Origin: Marsupella aquatica
Lineage: Eukaryota > Plantae > Marchantiophyta
Assembly (NCBI GenBank): GCA_973895155.1
Contig: OZ316893.1
Coordinates: forward strand, 19,906,857 to 19,970,856
Direction: 5' to 3'
DNA: 64,000 bases
Position numbers and translations under genes: made by a program
Notes under the pieces: generated by a model
What the model saw: only the letters and a program-made list of their open reading frames with translations
Database searches by the model: none
What the model was told of the DNA's origin: nothing
Shown here: piece by piece, positions 62,301 to 64,000 of the stretch
How the letters are laid out: every line of letters starts with the position of its first letter
Position numbering within the stretch: the first letter of the stretch is position 1

Positions 62301-64000
62301 GTGAATGAAGGAAGCTAGCGGCAAGTCCGGGCCAGAGCAGCCTCAAAGCCTAGGAATCAAATTTTGGAGCCAGGTCGACCATCGAAGTAGTGTGAAACAC
62401 ACACTTAAAAGGAATCCAGAGGAAGAACGAAAAGCAGACTGTCTTATCTAGCTTACAATGGTGTGAAGTTGGTCTTCCGAGCTTGTCATTGAAGGCTTAT
62501 CTCAGCTCGTTCATAATCTCGTGCAGCAGGCTGTTCGAGATAATGTATTATATTTGCACAGGTCTGAAACGTTCCAAATTATCTGCATGGAACGGATCGC
62601 CTTCGTAGAAATGGATTGATTCTCGTAGAAGCTCTCTTGTCATGGACCAGCACACTATTAAAGCTAGTAGGGTTGAAAGACAGACGCCTTAGAACACGTG
62701 TCCTCTGTGAAGTCTCATGATTGTGTGTGCACAAAGTTTTCATTGATTGAATCCATTGCGCAGCTGAATTGCTTCCAACTAAAGTACTGTAAGTTTACAA
62801 TATCCAAATTAGAAATAACCCCAAATCTATCGCAGATGCATGAGCTACATACTAAGTATGCACAGTTCTCAAAAGAAACATGAAAGCACGTCACATCTTT
62901 AACTGCTTTGAAAAGTAATCATAGATAACTATGGAGGCTAGATCGTCTCGATCCCATCTTTTCGGTTCTTATTATAGACGGATCATAGAGCCAATTGTCA
63001 ACTGTCCTGATTGCATTGCGGGCTCTCTGTGCTGTAGACCAGACGCTCTGGGCGGACGGAGCGATGAAAATGCAGCCGTGCAAGCCCCACAGGCATGCAT
63101 AGCGGACTCCACCCAAACACCAATAAACAGATTGCATGGGCGTTGGCCAAACAATTTTTAAAACGTTTTTTTCGGTCAAGGTGGGGAGTGTCACCTTGCG
63201 TGAAGGAGAAGATGATAAGATAGTCAATCCTTCCAAATATCTTTGCAAAACTATAATATTTAATCCTGCCAACTTTTGGAGTGAATCAAGGGATCCTTCA
63301 GATGTATTCTGTCAATTTTTTGGACCATGGGATTATTCCAATATGCAACAGGTAACATTCATTGTTATAAACTTAAACAAATGTATAGGCGTAAGTGTCC
63401 AAAGAATGAAATGTAATTGATGGAATTTGCGTGAATGCACTGGTAAGTGTCCAAAGAATGAAATGCACTTGATGGAATTTGCATGAATGCACTGGAAGTG
63501 CAGGCTATAGAGAGTACAGCCTACACTCAAGTAGTAATGGGTATGACCACCCGGGAGAGAGAAAGAAGGATAACCAAGGAATTTTTAATTTCCTTTTTTG
63601 AATAGTTTTGCCTCTTTACTAAGGCTCTCTCCCCCATTTTTAATTTTTTAGGAGGTGGCGAGGCAGTTTTTTGGGGGTTTAAACCCTAAACCCGCTTCCA
63701 CAACTTCAGAGACAGTGGTGATTTAACGTGGAATTGTAGGGTAACCCAACCCCTTGAGGGGGTTAGATCACTCCCACTTATATATGTACGTAAAAGAGGA
63801 TGGAGAGTGCTTATGACTGGTTTGGCTTGCCATAGCCAAAAGTGGCCTCTCACAACTCTCTTGTGTCAGTTGCAAACACAACATAGCGTAGCTGGACCCA
63901 CTTTTTTGCCACTCTGCCTCAACATTCAGCACACTTAAACTGATTGCAAAATATGCTTAGATATCCAAGATTTTACATGATGACTGACTGTGCACATTGA

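Noticed and set aside
63680-63693. Telomere-like AAACCCTAAACCC (also at ~11017 and ~22722)
   Set aside because: Only 1-2 units; at most a telo-box, not a telomeric array

Overview
Eukaryotic nuclear DNA from a seed-free land plant, most likely a bryophyte. This is inferred from plant-type genes with GT-AG introns, a plastid petD fragment inserted in an intron, and an intact flagellar gene. I can reconstruct five host genes by eye: a SUB1-like Golgi/O-fucosyltransferase-like gene (-), a 16+ exon CCDC39/FAP59 axonemal ruler gene (+), an 11-exon synaptotagmin-like SMP-C2 gene (-), an intronless Msd1/SSX2IP (ADIP) gene (+) and a 3-exon CASP-like gene (-). Between them lie a young full-length Ty1/copia element (LTRs, PBS, PPT, 5-bp TSD), a long-TIR MULE/foldback-like element, a PIF/Harbinger deletion derivative, a hAT transposase pseudogene, Helitron-like ends, a degenerate LINE and many short tandem duplications. 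The most interesting observation is a perfect 105-bp duplication in CCDC39 that could create an in-frame 14-aa (two-heptad) extra exon in the axonemal ruler. I found no clearly new multi-gene system. Exon coordinates were derived manually and need RNA-seq confirmation.
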